NCBI GenBank assembly: GCA_036337765.1 | Contig: JAYZDP010000168.1 | Coordinates: 3,247-67,246, forward strand | Length of the DNA: 64,000 nucleotides | Reading direction: 5' to 3' | DNA from: Acidobacteriota bacterium | GTDB lineage: Bacteria; Acidobacteriota; Thermoanaerobaculia; Multivoradales; Multivoraceae | Part shown: piece by piece, positions 1-9,955 of the stretch | Layout: every line of letters starts with the position of its first letter | Numbering within the stretch: the first letter of the stretch is position 1 | Position numbers and translations under genes: made by a program | Notes under the pieces: model-generated | What the model saw: only the letters and a program-made list of their open reading frames with translations | Databases searched by the model: none | What the model was told of the DNA's origin: nothing

Positions 1-108
1 AGGAGGAGCGCTCAAGACCTGTCCCGCAGACTCGGCCAACCAGCTCGCCAGATCGTCGTCGAGGGCTTCCCCCTCTTGCACGACCACTTCGACCTCGAGT
101 ATCGGCAT
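1..108 (-). CDS. possible 5' part of a hypothetical gene running off the window edge (reads MPILEVEVVVQEGEALDDDLASWLAESAGQVL...)
   Basis: ATG at 108-106 on the minus strand with an open frame to the window edge, directly downstream of the epimerase gene. No recognisable domain and too short to judge. Confidence 0.2.
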   Translation of the reverse strand, partial: MPILEVEVVVQEGEALDDDLASWLAESAGQVLSAPP

Positions 109-135
109 CTCTCTCAGAGCGCCGCGGCCGGCGCC

Positions 136-1098
136 TCAGATTCCATGATACTCGCGATACCAACGAACGAAGTTCGGCACCCCGACCGCGATCTGTGTCT
201 TGGGGTCGAAGTCCAAAAGCTCCTTGGCCCTCGAGATGTCGGCACCGGTGCGAACCACGTCGCCCTGCTGCATGGGCAGGAACTCCTTGCGCCCCTCCTT
301 GCCGCACGCCTCCTCGATGGTCGACACGAAGTCCATGAGCTCTTCCGTGCGGCCACAGCCGAGATTGATGATCTCGTAGCTGTAGTTGCGGTCCAGCGCC
401 GCCACCACGCCGGCGACGATGTCGTCGACGTAGGTGAAGTCACGGCTCATCTTGCCGTGGCCGAAGATATTCATCGCGTGGCCACGCAGGACAGCGTCGG
501 TGAACAGAAACAGCGCCATGTCGGGTCGCCCCCAAGGGCCGTAGACCGTGAAGAAGCGCAGGCCCGTGCAGTGCATGCCGAACAGCGTGTTGTACACCGA
601 GGCCTGTAGCTCGTTGGCCTTCTTGGTCATGCCGTACAGCGACGCCTGATGATCGGTGTTGGAGTCCTCGCGCAGAGGAAAGTCCTTGTTGTCGCCATAG
701 ACCGAGCTGGTGGAGGCGTAGATCAGCCCGGCGATCTCCCGTACCTTGCACAACTCGATCACGTTGCCGAACCCGGCAACGTTGTCGCGGTTGAACTCGT
801 CGGGGTGCTCGATCGAATGCCGCACCCCGGCCTGGGCGGCGAGATGACATACGCGCGTGTCCTCGCCGGAACCGAGCTGGTCGAAAGCCGAAGTCAAGAC
901 GTCCATATCAACGATGTCGCCGCGCACGCAGGTGAAGCCGTCGTAGGCCTCGAGCATCTCGTTGCGGCGCGCCTTCAGCACCGGGGCGTAGTACTCGGTG
1001 AACAGATCCAATCCGATCACCTCGTCGCCTCGCTCGAGCAACGCCTTTGCTACGTGGAATCCGATGAAACCCGCTGAGCCGGTTACCAGAACCTTCAT
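136..1098 (-). CDS. NAD-dependent epimerase/dehydratase (SDR family, UDP-glucuronate/UDP-sugar 4-epimerase-like)
   Basis: N-terminal Rossmann motif VLVTGSAGFIGFHV and catalytic YGMTK (YxxxK). Length 320 aa is typical. ATGA overlap with the upstream GlmS-like gene. Confidence 0.85.
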   Translation of the reverse strand: MKVLVTGSAGFIGFHVAKALLERGDEVIGLDLFTEYYAPVLKARRNEMLEAYDGFTCVRGDIVDMDVLTSAFDQLGSGEDTRVCHLAAQAGVRHSIEHPDEFNRDNVAGFGNVIELCKVREIAGLIYASTSSVYGDNKDFPLREDSNTDHQASLYGMTKKANELQASVYNTLFGMHCTGLRFFTVYGPWGRPDMALFLFTDAVLRGHAMNIFGHGKMSRDFTYVDDIVAGVVAALDRNYSYEIINLGCGRTEELMDFVSTIEEACGKEGRKEFLPMQQGDVVRTGADISRAKELLDFDPKTQIAVGVPNFVRWYREYHGI

Positions 1099-4000
1099 GA
1101 CTCGACCACTCCTTCGTCCAAGAGTTTCTCCTCTGCGCTCTCCCAGCGCGAGGCGAGATCGTAGACCGGGTCGGTGAGCAGATCGGCCACCGACATGACA
1201 CCGAGAACATCGTCGCGAAAGACCGGCTCGGTCTCGGTCACTGCGTCGCGCAACGCCGTATACCGGTTGCGGTACGACTCGAGAATCGCGCGCATCACCT
1301 CGCCGGGAACGTGGTCGTGGAATCGCACGTGCAGGAGCAAGAGCCCTGGCACCGCCGTGCCATCGACCTCGGGTATGAGAATCACGGTTCTGCCGTCGCT
1401 GCGGCCCCGAGCCACCGTCAGGATGCGCTCGTTGGCGACCAGATGCTTGGTGCCAAGCAGCTGGGGGTTGTCGTCGGTGCGTGACGACAGCTGCTCGCCG
1501 ATGCCGCCCGTACCGACCACTCCGATCGAGCCGCTCTGACGCGCCTCTCGACCTGCCCCGAGCTCGATGCGATACCGCGTGTGCCCCAGGACCTCGGCCA
1601 CTGACGCGTCGAGGCCGGCTAGTGCACGCAGATCGCGGTAGGTGATCTGCGCCTGTGGCGTTCCAGCCGCAAGCACCGCCTGCACCAGAGGTAGGACGAA
1701 CAGACCCTCGTCGGCACGCGAGATACCTACCGTGACCGTTTTCGCCTGGTGCTTGATGGCGTCGATCGGCCTAGTGAGCTCATCGATTCCGTCGGTGAGA
1801 GCGGTCATCAGCTCCTCGACGACCCTCGCGGGTGTCGCAGCCCCCTCGCCCTGGGCAGCGAACGATTCGAGCGGCAAGAGCCGCCGAGCGTAGGCGAGCA
1901 GCGTGGCCAGCCGGACGGCCGTCGATGCTTCCAGCTGACCGTCGTACTCGCCGGACGCGAGGCCGGTCGAAAACACGTCGGCCGGCTGGGCGATACGCGG
2001 ACCGAGACGCTCCAGTGGGTCCTGCCCGGCCTCGAGCTCGCCGACGAGGGTCTCGATATGGCCACGGACCCGGCGCAGTGGTACAGCGAGGCTGTCGATC
2101 GCCAGCGCCGCCTCGTAGGCGAACAAATGACCGACCATCGTCGCCAGCACGAAGGCCAGGTGCGGATGGCAGGCCGGAACCTCGATCACATCGTCGGCAC
2201 CGTCGAAAACGCCGGAACCCTCGGTGGTGACAACCACCGGGGCTGCCTTGTGGGCGTTGTAGATCGCGACCTCTTTCGAGACGTCAGAGAGCGTCGACTG
2301 CGTCAGCCCGGGAGCGCAGACCAGAATCATCGGCTCTGACGACAGATCGATGTGCTTTTTGTCCTCCGTACCATCGCACGCGATCGCCTTATAGCAGAGC
2401 TCCGAGAGCTTGATCCGGATCTCCTCCGCCGCGATCCGGTTCCAGCCATTGCCGACCACGGCCCAGTAGCGCCGACGTGGACCGTGGCGAGCGGCCACGC
2501 GACCGATCACGTCACGACGGCCGAGAATCTCAATCATGATTCCCGGTAGAGCGAGCAGGCCTTCGACGAGGCCGACATCCTCCGCGTCGAGCCCGCCCTC
2601 CAAAACCTCCTGACGCAGCGCGAGTGCGAGCAGAAAGCCCGCCGCGATTTGCGAGTAGAAGGCCTTGGTAGACGCCACGCTCATCTCCACGTCGCGACCA
2701 TCGGACGTATAAAGCACACCGTCCGCCCGATCTACCAAGTCGCTGCCGCGCCGATTGACGATCGCCACCACGCGTGCGCCGCGCGCACGCACCAGATCGA
2801 CGGTGCGATTCGTGTCGGTGGTCGTACCCGACTGGCTGATGACCAGCACGAGCGAATCCGACATGTCGGACCGCAGGTGGAAGCCCGAGAGCTCGGTTGC
2901 CAGCATCGACTCGATTCGGAAGCGCTCCTCGGGCAGCGCGTCTTCGAGGGCCTTGGCGATCGCTCTCCCAGCGACGGCCGCCGTTCCCTGACCGATCACA
3001 AAGACTTGACGCAGCCGACCGTCGCGCATCCCAGCCACCACGTCCGCGGGCAGGCTAGCGGCACCGAGGTGGATCGCAACACCCGCCTCGCCGCTTCGGA
3101 TCTTGCCGCGCAGGGTCTTCGAGAACGAACGCGGCGCCTGATGGAGCTCCTTGAGCAGAAAGTGCGAAAACTCGCCGCGATCGATGTCGCGAGTGGTGAT
3201 CTCGGCGGCGTGGAGCTCGACCTCATCGACCGGCAGCTCGGTACCGTCGTACGCCAGGCGACGAATCCCCTCGAGGGTGCCGGCCTTCTCGCGATCGAGC
3301 ACCACGATCTGGCCTCGGCTCGCGTTGGGGTTTCTTGGATTGCCCGGCGTCTCGCCATCGACGCGCAGATAATGAGACGCCTGCTCGACCACCCCGTACG
3401 GCTCGCTCGCCACGATGAAGGCGCCGTCGGTGAGCCCGACGTAGAGCGCCTGACCGCTGCCGCGCAGGGCGAGCAGCATGTTGCCGCTCTCGGCGGTACT
3501 CTGGGCGGCGATCGCCACCGATCCTTCGAACGAGGCCACCGTCCGTCGGAAGGCCTCTTCGAGGCTCAGCCCCTCTGCAAGTCGGCGTGACACGAGTACC
3601 GGAATGACCTTGGCGTCGGTGGTGATCTCAGCTGGCAGCTCGATGCCCTCCGCTGCCACCAGCTTCTGATAGTTGTCGACGTCGCCGTTGAGCGCCGCGA
3701 CGACGTACGGGCCTTGCCGATGCGTGCGCACAAGGCCCTCTTCGTTGTTCAGGGGATGCGCGTTGGCCTCGCTGATCAGGCCGACGCTGGCCCAGCGGGT
3801 ATGGCCCAAGACACCATCCAGCGTGCCCGTGCCAAGGCCCGCCCGCAACAGTCGATCGTCGGCCGCCGCGCTACGTAGACGGCGACCGTTGTCACCGAGC
3901 TCGCCAATCTCGGCAGCCGCCTTGTAGACGAGACTCAGATGGCTGTCGTCCGGCCTGCGGACCGACCCCGAGACGAACAGCGGCGTCTTCTCTCGGCCCG

Positions 4001-4583
4001 CAGCCAGGTTCGCCGCTTCGGCGTCGCCGCCCTCGATCAACACGTGAACACCCGCCGAGTCGCGGCCGCGAACCTCGAGGCGGTCCAGCGCCGACATCAC
4101 CGCTTCGAGCGAGGAGAGCCCCTCGACGACGCCAGCCCGCAAGTCACCGGAGGCAAGCTCCCGCACTCGCGCCGCATGGCCCACCCGATCTTCGGACAGC
4201 GCCCATAGCAGGTCCCGGGTACGGATCAGCGCCGCATTCGTCCCCTCGAGACTGGCCGTGGCCATCTCCTTGGGCGCCTCGTCGAGGCCGCGCTCGAGGG
4301 CCACGCAACGCATCGTGGCCTCGTCGAGCTGCGCGCGCAGCTGGCGGCACAGATCCACGTCGGCGACCAGCAGGCGCACACCACCGGCCGAGCGCAGGAC
4401 CCCATCGAGACTTCGGAGGGCGTCGGCACTCCGCTCGAGTGATGCCTCCCATTCGTCAGCCGTACGGCCCGCTTCGGGCAGCGCCGCGACAGCTTCGGCC
4501 AGCGACTGGAGAAGGATTTCAGGAGGAGGCGGCTCAAGCCCGCGGGGAGTACCGAGAACGGCAACGATTCCGCACACGGTCAT
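1095..4583 (-). CDS. Large GlmS-like protein: class-II glutamine amidotransferase domain (with an insertion) plus two to three SIS domains and a C-terminal extension, 1162 aa
   Basis: N-terminal (M)TVCGIVAV matches the MCGIV Ntn-Cys start. GlmS-like motifs RGRDSAGV, GHTRWAS and NGDVDNYQKL are present. SIS motifs LVLVISQSGTTTDT and VVGNGWNRIAAEEI are present. KTVTVGISR resembles the GlmS C-terminus, but about 330 more aa follow. A GTG at 4577 would place Cys at position 2, as GATase II requires. Confidence 0.7.
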   Translation of the reverse strand: MTVCGIVAVLGTPRGLEPPPPEILLQSLAEAVAALPEAGRTADEWEASLERSADALRSLDGVLRSAGGVRLLVADVDLCRQLRAQLDEATMRCVALERGLDEAPKEMATASLEGTNAALIRTRDLLWALSEDRVGHAARVRELASGDLRAGVVEGLSSLEAVMSALDRLEVRGRDSAGVHVLIEGGDAEAANLAAGREKTPLFVSGSVRRPDDSHLSLVYKAAAEIGELGDNGRRLRSAAADDRLLRAGLGTGTLDGVLGHTRWASVGLISEANAHPLNNEEGLVRTHRQGPYVVAALNGDVDNYQKLVAAEGIELPAEITTDAKVIPVLVSRRLAEGLSLEEAFRRTVASFEGSVAIAAQSTAESGNMLLALRGSGQALYVGLTDGAFIVASEPYGVVEQASHYLRVDGETPGNPRNPNASRGQIVVLDREKAGTLEGIRRLAYDGTELPVDEVELHAAEITTRDIDRGEFSHFLLKELHQAPRSFSKTLRGKIRSGEAGVAIHLGAASLPADVVAGMRDGRLRQVFVIGQGTAAVAGRAIAKALEDALPEERFRIESMLATELSGFHLRSDMSDSLVLVISQSGTTTDTNRTVDLVRARGARVVAIVNRRGSDLVDRADGVLYTSDGRDVEMSVASTKAFYSQIAAGFLLALALRQEVLEGGLDAEDVGLVEGLLALPGIMIEILGRRDVIGRVAARHGPRRRYWAVVGNGWNRIAAEEIRIKLSELCYKAIACDGTEDKKHIDLSSEPMILVCAPGLTQSTLSDVSKEVAIYNAHKAAPVVVTTEGSGVFDGADDVIEVPACHPHLAFVLATMVGHLFAYEAALAIDSLAVPLRRVRGHIETLVGELEAGQDPLERLGPRIAQPADVFSTGLASGEYDGQLEASTAVRLATLLAYARRLLPLESFAAQGEGAATPARVVEELMTALTDGIDELTRPIDAIKHQAKTVTVGISRADEGLFVLPLVQAVLAAGTPQAQITYRDLRALAGLDASVAEVLGHTRYRIELGAGREARQSGSIGVVGTGGIGEQLSSRTDDNPQLLGTKHLVANERILTVARGRSDGRTVILIPEVDGTAVPGLLLLHVRFHDHVPGEVMRAILESYRNRYTALRDAVTETEPVFRDDVLGVMSVADLLTDPVYDLASRWESAEEKLLDEGVVES

Positions 4584-4621
4584 AAAACGATAGCACGCGG
4601 CGGCGCGCTAACATCGCGCCC

Positions 4622-5776
4622 GTGCCGGCGCATCCAACGACCTCGTCGGCGGTCCGCGAGATCCGGGGATCGGTCTTCACGGCCCTCGCCGCGAAGCTGC
4701 AGGCCTACACCGGCGAGGTGTTCCCGTTTCACGTCGGCGACACCTGGAAGGCGCCGCTGGAATGCGCGCGACTCGACGAGCTCGGCGAGGCCTCGCACCC
4801 GGGAATCCACCGCTACTCGCAACCCGAGGGGCTGCCGCGCCTGGCAGATCTCCTGGTCGAGCGCTCCACCCTCCGAACGGGGATCCCCGCGACCCGCAAG
4901 ACGGTGCTGGTGACCACCGGAGCCACGGGTGCTCTCGGAGCGATCGCCGGCGCGATCCTCGAGCCGGGAGACGAGGTCATCCTGATCGCGCCCTACTGGC
5001 CGCTGATCGAAGGCATCGTGCGCTCGTTTCACGGCGTGCCGGTCGACGTTCCGCTGATCGGAAGCGCGGACTCTGCCGAAGCCGCCTGCGCGGCTATCGA
5101 CGGCGCGGTGAGCGATCGCACGGTCGCCATCTACGTCAACTCCCCGAACAACCCGACCGGCAAGATCCTGCCGCGGCCATGGCTCGAGGCGATCGCCGAG
5201 CTAGCCGTCGAGCGCGACCTGTGGATCATTGCCGACGAGGTCTACGAAGACCTCGTCTTTCGCGGGGAGCACGTCTACACCCGTACTCTCGCGCCGGAGC
5301 ACACTTTTGCGGCGCACTCCTTCTCGAAGGGTTGGGCGATGGCAGGCAATCGCTGCGGTTGGGTCGAGGGGCCCGATCGGTTCATGGACGAGCTGCGAAA
5401 AGTCGGCACCCACAGCTTCTACGCCGCACCGACGTCTGCCCAGCTCGCTGCGTGCGCGCTGCTGGAAAGCCCAGAGGCAGATGCATGGATCACCTCGACG
5501 CGGGCCCTCTACAAGGAGCTGGGCGACGAGGCGGCGGAGAGCCTCGGCGTCGACCCGCCGGACGGCAGCACCTTCCTCTTCTTCGACACCTCGGACTACC
5601 AGGACGATCGGGGACTCGCAGGCTTTCTCGACGACTGCGCCGACCGCGGCATCTTCCTCGCGCCCGGTCCGAGCTTCGGCGCGTATCCGACCTACGCCCG
5701 CATGTGCTTCACCGCCGCACCTCCCGACGTGACACGACGCGGCATCGCAACCATGCGAGAGCTCCTCGGCCGATAG
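4622..5776 (+). CDS. PLP-dependent aminotransferase class I/II (aspartate/aromatic aminotransferase-like)
   Basis: PLP-lysine motif SFSKGWAMAGNRCGW. Length 384 aa. Fold-type I layout. Confidence 0.85.
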   Translation: MPAHPTTSSAVREIRGSVFTALAAKLQAYTGEVFPFHVGDTWKAPLECARLDELGEASHPGIHRYSQPEGLPRLADLLVERSTLRTGIPATRKTVLVTTGATGALGAIAGAILEPGDEVILIAPYWPLIEGIVRSFHGVPVDVPLIGSADSAEAACAAIDGAVSDRTVAIYVNSPNNPTGKILPRPWLEAIAELAVERDLWIIADEVYEDLVFRGEHVYTRTLAPEHTFAAHSFSKGWAMAGNRCGWVEGPDRFMDELRKVGTHSFYAAPTSAQLAACALLESPEADAWITSTRALYKELGDEAAESLGVDPPDGSTFLFFDTSDYQDDRGLAGFLDDCADRGIFLAPGPSFGAYPTYARMCFTAAPPDVTRRGIATMRELLGR

Positions 5777-5777
5777 C

Positions 5778-6593
5778 CTAGAGCCTGCGGTGTGACTCGA
5801 CCGGCATGGAGCGTCGAGTCGAGGCGACGCGGTCGAGATCGATCTCTGCCAGCGCGAGACCTGGGCCTTCGGGTGCCGAGCCGATCACCTGGCCCCAAGG
5901 GTCGATGATGACCGAGTGTCCGTAGCTTTGCCGTAGGCCCTTGTCGTCGTGCTTTCCCCACTGTGCCGCGGCCAGCACATAGCTCTGAGTCTCGATGGCG
6001 CGAGCGCAGAGGAGCGGGTACCAGTGGTCCTTGCCTGTCATCAGGGTGAAGGCCGACGGCACCGTCAGGATCTGTGCTCCTTTCGCGACCAGCTGCGCAT
6101 AGAGCTCGGGGAAGCGCAGGTCGTAGCAGACCGAGAGCCCGACCGCGCCCACCGCGTCGTCGACCACTACCAGCTCCTTGCCCGGCTGGATCGTCGCGGA
6201 CTCCTTGAAGCACACTTCCTTCGACACGTCGACGTCGAAGAGGTGGATCTTGCGGTATACGCCGCGGATCTCGCCGTCAGGGCCGAAGTAGACGCTGGTG
6301 TTGAGACAGCGGGTCTCCTCGTCGCTGCGCTCGTTGAAGGAGCCCAGCACCAGGTGGATGCCGTGCTTGGCGGCGAGCTCGGCGAAGCAGGTGCACGCCT
6401 TGCCGTCGAGACCCTCCGCCAAGCGCACCTTTTCCTTGTGCGGGCCGAGGTAGTTGGTGTTCTCGGGTGTCGACACGAGGGTCGCGCCGTACCCTGCGGC
6501 ACGCTCGATCAGCTCGCTCGACAGCGAGAGATTCGCATCTTCATCGGAGCCCGACTGGAGCTGGACGACGGCGGCTAGGAACTTGTCAGACAT
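5778..6593 (-). CDS. carbon-nitrogen hydrolase (nitrilase superfamily)
   Basis: Starts MSDKFLAAVVQLQ, typical of C-N hydrolases. Catalytic-triad context E..K..C (GLSVCYDLRFPE). The listed ORF start at 7013 runs into the neighbouring gene; the internal ATG at 6593 gives a 271-aa protein. Confidence 0.8.
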   Translation of the reverse strand: MSDKFLAAVVQLQSGSDEDANLSLSSELIERAAGYGATLVSTPENTNYLGPHKEKVRLAEGLDGKACTCFAELAAKHGIHLVLGSFNERSDEETRCLNTSVYFGPDGEIRGVYRKIHLFDVDVSKEVCFKESATIQPGKELVVVDDAVGAVGLSVCYDLRFPELYAQLVAKGAQILTVPSAFTLMTGKDHWYPLLCARAIETQSYVLAAAQWGKHDDKGLRQSYGHSVIIDPWGQVIGSAPEGPGLALAEIDLDRVASTRRSMPVESHRRL

Positions 6594-7585
6594 TTCTTCG
6601 CGAATCGTGCCAGGCGCCAGTAGTAGCGGAAGCCGCCGTGACGGTAGACATCGTTGTGGCCGGCCCTCGGGATCTCGAACCAGTCCTTCGGCTCGGCGGC
6701 CGCCTCGTACAGGCGCCGGCCCAGGCGCATCGGAATGGTCGGATCGTCCGAGCCGTGGATGAAGAGCTTGGGCACATCGATCGACGCCACCTTGTCGAGG
6801 CTGCGAAACTGGTTGCGGGCCATCAGGTGCAGCGGGGTGCGCGGGTACAGCACGCGGACCATGTCGCGAATGTGGGTGAAGCTCGACTGCACCACGAGCC
6901 CCGCGATCTGCCGGTGCAGTGCGGTCTCGATAGCGACCGCGCCGCCGAGCGAGTGGCCGAACAAGAGCACTTTCGACGGCTCGACCCCCAACGGGCCGGT
7001 GAGATGGTCCCATGCGGCGCGGGCGTCGCGATAGACACCGTCTTCCGACGGCTCACCTTCGCTACGTCCGTAGCCGCGATAGTCGAAGGCCAAGACACTC
7101 ACCTTCATGCGACGCAGGTCTCCGAGCGCCCCGAGTCGATGGGAAATGTTGCCATTGTTGCCGTGGCAGTACAGCACTGCCCCGCGGGCCTTCGGGTGCG
7201 GAATCCACCAGGCGTGAAGCCGAGTGCCATCGTCAGCCTCGAACCACACGTCCTCAGCCGGCAGACCGTAGGCTCGGGGCTGCCACATCCCGTCGGGATA
7301 GCGCACTGGCGCGAAGACCTGCCCGCGCTGAACGCGGCCGAGCAGCCACGTGCCTACGCCTCCGACCGCGACCGCAGCCGACGGCAGGGCCAGGCGCGCA
7401 AGCCAGCCCTGGAGGCTTGAAGTAGGCTTATCTGCGGAGCCCAGCACGGTTCTCATCTCTCCTAACTGTAGAGTTGCGAGGCCTATTCCGATAGGTACGT
7501 GGCCGCGCAGTGGGGCCCTTCCCAGACCGTCACGGCTGCGACTTCCACGGCCGGGAAACGCAGCGAGAGCTCTTCGCAGAACCAA
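6575..7585 (-). CDS. alpha/beta hydrolase (BEM46/YheT-like serine hydrolase) with N-terminal membrane anchor
   Basis: GHSLGGAVA nucleophile elbow (GxSxG). N-terminal hydrophobic segment. Start is uncertain: 7585, or the internal ATG at 7456 preceded by AGGAGA. Confidence 0.7.
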   Translation of the reverse strand: MVLRRALAAFPGRGSRSRDGLGRAPLRGHVPIGIGLATLQLGEMRTVLGSADKPTSSLQGWLARLALPSAAVAVGGVGTWLLGRVQRGQVFAPVRYPDGMWQPRAYGLPAEDVWFEADDGTRLHAWWIPHPKARGAVLYCHGNNGNISHRLGALGDLRRMKVSVLAFDYRGYGRSEGEPSEDGVYRDARAAWDHLTGPLGVEPSKVLLFGHSLGGAVAIETALHRQIAGLVVQSSFTHIRDMVRVLYPRTPLHLMARNQFRSLDKVASIDVPKLFIHGSDDPTIPMRLGRRLYEAAAEPKDWFEIPRAGHNDVYRHGGFRYYWRLARFAKKCLTSS

Positions 7586-7854
7586 CGCGCGAGGTTTTCG
7601 GTCGTCGGGCTGAGCGCGTCGAAGGGCGAAACAGAATTGATGTCGGCATGGTGGAAGCGCCCGGTGAGATCGTCGAGAGCGGACTTGACCTCGACGAAAT
7701 CGACGACGTAGTCCTCCGGGCCAAGCTCGACCGCGCGGATCGTGACCTCGACCCGCCAGCTGTGGCCATGAACCGGCTCCGCAGAGCCGCGATAGGCGGT
7801 GAGATGGTGGGCGGCCTCGAAGCGTCCGAGGACCTTGAGCTCGTAGCTGGGCAT
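7483..7854 (-). CDS. queD: 6-carboxy-5,6,7,8-tetrahydropterin synthase QueD (PTPS family)
   Basis: HGHSW zinc-binding motif with the CxxxHGH pattern. About 123 aa starting from the internal MPSYELKV. Confidence 0.8.
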   Translation of the reverse strand: MPSYELKVLGRFEAAHHLTAYRGSAEPVHGHSWRVEVTIRAVELGPEDYVVDFVEVKSALDDLTGRFHHADINSVSPFDALSPTTENLARWFCEELSLRFPAVEVAAVTVWEGPHCAATYLSE

Positions 7855-7925
7855 AAAGGCGCGGAGATAGAATCTATCGAACTCAGGGGTGCTGCAAGGC
7901 ACCGCTCGCCTTTCGGGGCATCCCC

Positions 7926-9698
7926 ATGGATCAGTACCTGCTCGTCGGCATTATCGCCCTGACGTTCGCGGCGTTCGCCTTCGAGTGGCTACCGATCGAC
8001 GCGGTCGCGTTCACCAGCCTGGGAGCGCTGCTGCTGTTCCGACTGGTAACGCCTGAGCAGGCGATCGCGGGCTTCTCCAACCCCGCCGTCATCACCGTGA
8101 TGATGATGTTCATCCTCAGCTACGGTCTGACTTCGACGGGGGTGATCGACCAATTCGCACACCGGGTGGCGAGGCTGTCGGGCGAGACGCATCGGCGAGG
8201 CGCGATCCTGCTGCTGACGGTCTCGGGCGTACTCTCGGCCTTCATCAACAACACCGCCGCGGTAGCCATCTTCATGCCCGTCGCGTCCCAGCTCGCGAAA
8301 CGCTACCGCGTCAGCCCGTCGAAGATCCTGCTGCCCCTGTCCTATGTCAGCATCATGGGGGGCACCTGCACCCTAATCGGCACCTCGACCAACCTCATCG
8401 TCAGCTCGATCGCCGAAGAGCATGGTGCGGGTGCATTCTCGGTCTTCGAGCTGTCAAGTCTCGGGCTCATCCTCTTCGCCGTCGGCCTGACCTACGTTGT
8501 CCTCGTACCGCTGCGCCTGCTGCCTTCCCGCACCATCATCTCGTCGCTGACGCGCAAGTACCAGATGGGCGCCTACCTCACCGAGCTGAAAGTCCCTGAG
8601 GGCTCCAGTCTGGTGGGCAGAACGGTCGTCGAAGAACACATCAGCGAACGATTCGAGCTCAACGTGCTCGAGGTCTTGCGCGGAGAGAACCGCTTCGCCA
8701 TCGACCTGCGCAACACACGGTTCGAAGCCGGCGACGAGATCATCGTCCGAGGCGGAATGGACGACATCCTGTCGCTGCGGGACAACTACGACCTGTACCT
8801 GCTCACCGACCACAAACTGCACGACAAGGACATCGCCGACGAAGACAACATCCTGTTCGAAGTTCAGCTGTCGCCCCTGTCGCGCCTTGTCGGACAGTCG
8901 TTGATCGACTCGGATTTCCGCCGTGTCCACGGCGTCTTCGTGCTGGCACTCAATCGCACCGGCGAGGTGATCCGCGAGCGGCTCGCGTCGATACCGCTCG
9001 AGCAGTGGGACACGCTGCTGCTCTTCGGTCCGCGGACACGGGTCGAGGCGCTGTCGCAGCTCGATGACTTCTCGCCGCTGCAGGAGATCGACGTCAAACT
9101 CCGGCTGCCGAAGCTCTGGTGGCTTCCTCTCGCCATCATCCCCATCGTCGTCGGCGTTGCCGCCACGGGCCTGGCGTCGATCCTCGAGGCCTCGATCCTC
9201 GGCGCGGTGGCGATGATCGTGACTCGCACCCTCACCATCCAGCAGGCATACCAAGCGATCAACTGGACGGTCATCTTCTTGCTCGCCGCCATCTTGCCGC
9301 TGGGCGCCGCGATGGCGAACACCGGCCTCGACACCCGAATCGGGCAGGAGATCGCAAGCTTCGGTGAAGGTTACGGGGGACTCGCTGTGCTCGCGCTGGT
9401 CTATGTGGCCACGGCACTCCTGTCGGAGATCGTCTCTAACAACTCGACGGCGGTTCTCATGGTGCCGATCGCCATCACTGTGGCCAACTCTCTCGGCCTC
9501 GACCCCAAGCCCTTCATCATGGCGGTCGCCTTCGCGGCCTCGTCGAGCTTTCTCACGCCAATGGGCTATCAGACCAACGCCATGGTCCTGGGCCCAGGCG
9601 GCTATCGTTTCCTCGACTACGTTCGTGCTGGTGCACCGCTCAAGATCGGTTTCTGGCTCTTGTCGACGGCGCTCATCCCCGTCCTCTGGCCTTTCTGA
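7926..9698 (+). CDS. DASS/SLC13-family anion permease with two central TrkA-C (RCK_C) domains
   Basis: Multi-TM N- and C-terminal halves with a central soluble region of about 200 aa carrying two TrkA-C-like segments. 590 aa. Confidence 0.8.
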   Translation: MDQYLLVGIIALTFAAFAFEWLPIDAVAFTSLGALLLFRLVTPEQAIAGFSNPAVITVMMMFILSYGLTSTGVIDQFAHRVARLSGETHRRGAILLLTVSGVLSAFINNTAAVAIFMPVASQLAKRYRVSPSKILLPLSYVSIMGGTCTLIGTSTNLIVSSIAEEHGAGAFSVFELSSLGLILFAVGLTYVVLVPLRLLPSRTIISSLTRKYQMGAYLTELKVPEGSSLVGRTVVEEHISERFELNVLEVLRGENRFAIDLRNTRFEAGDEIIVRGGMDDILSLRDNYDLYLLTDHKLHDKDIADEDNILFEVQLSPLSRLVGQSLIDSDFRRVHGVFVLALNRTGEVIRERLASIPLEQWDTLLLFGPRTRVEALSQLDDFSPLQEIDVKLRLPKLWWLPLAIIPIVVGVAATGLASILEASILGAVAMIVTRTLTIQQAYQAINWTVIFLLAAILPLGAAMANTGLDTRIGQEIASFGEGYGGLAVLALVYVATALLSEIVSNNSTAVLMVPIAITVANSLGLDPKPFIMAVAFAASSSFLTPMGYQTNAMVLGPGGYRFLDYVRAGAPLKIGFWLLSTALIPVLWPF

Positions 9699-9955
9699 TG
9701 GGAGTCAGAGCCGCATCGAACCGTGCCAACTGGGGGCGTACACCTTCTTGTGAGGCGTTATTCGCCATGCTAGGGTTCGCCTCGTTCCCGGTGAAAGCAC
9801 CCAGCCTGGTTGGTAATCCCCCTCTGAAGCGACCCTCCGTTCGTTAGTCCCTTCCTGAGCGATCGACACCCAGAGTCTGCGACAGCTGCATCACCTGAGT
9901 AAGGACCGAGGCGCCGAACCTCATATATGGCGGCGCTTCACACCGAGGAGATGAC

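Noticed and set aside
76-609. 177-aa plus-strand ORF and many other 60-340-aa ORFs antisense or out-of-frame to the called genes (e.g. 440..850, 5949..6578, 8454..9254, 33716..34576, 50264..50596, 61213..63171)
   Set aside because: They are Arg/Pro/Gly/Ala-rich with no motifs, and each lies fully inside a gene that has strong domain evidence on the other strand or frame. This is typical stop-codon-poor noise in about 68% GC DNA.
9699-9955. 256-nt non-coding region upstream of the RRM protein gene as a structured 5' UTR or sRNA
   Set aside because: Only a short GCGCCG-N13-CGGCGC hairpin and a good SD were seen. There is no convincing conserved structure and nothing to compare against.
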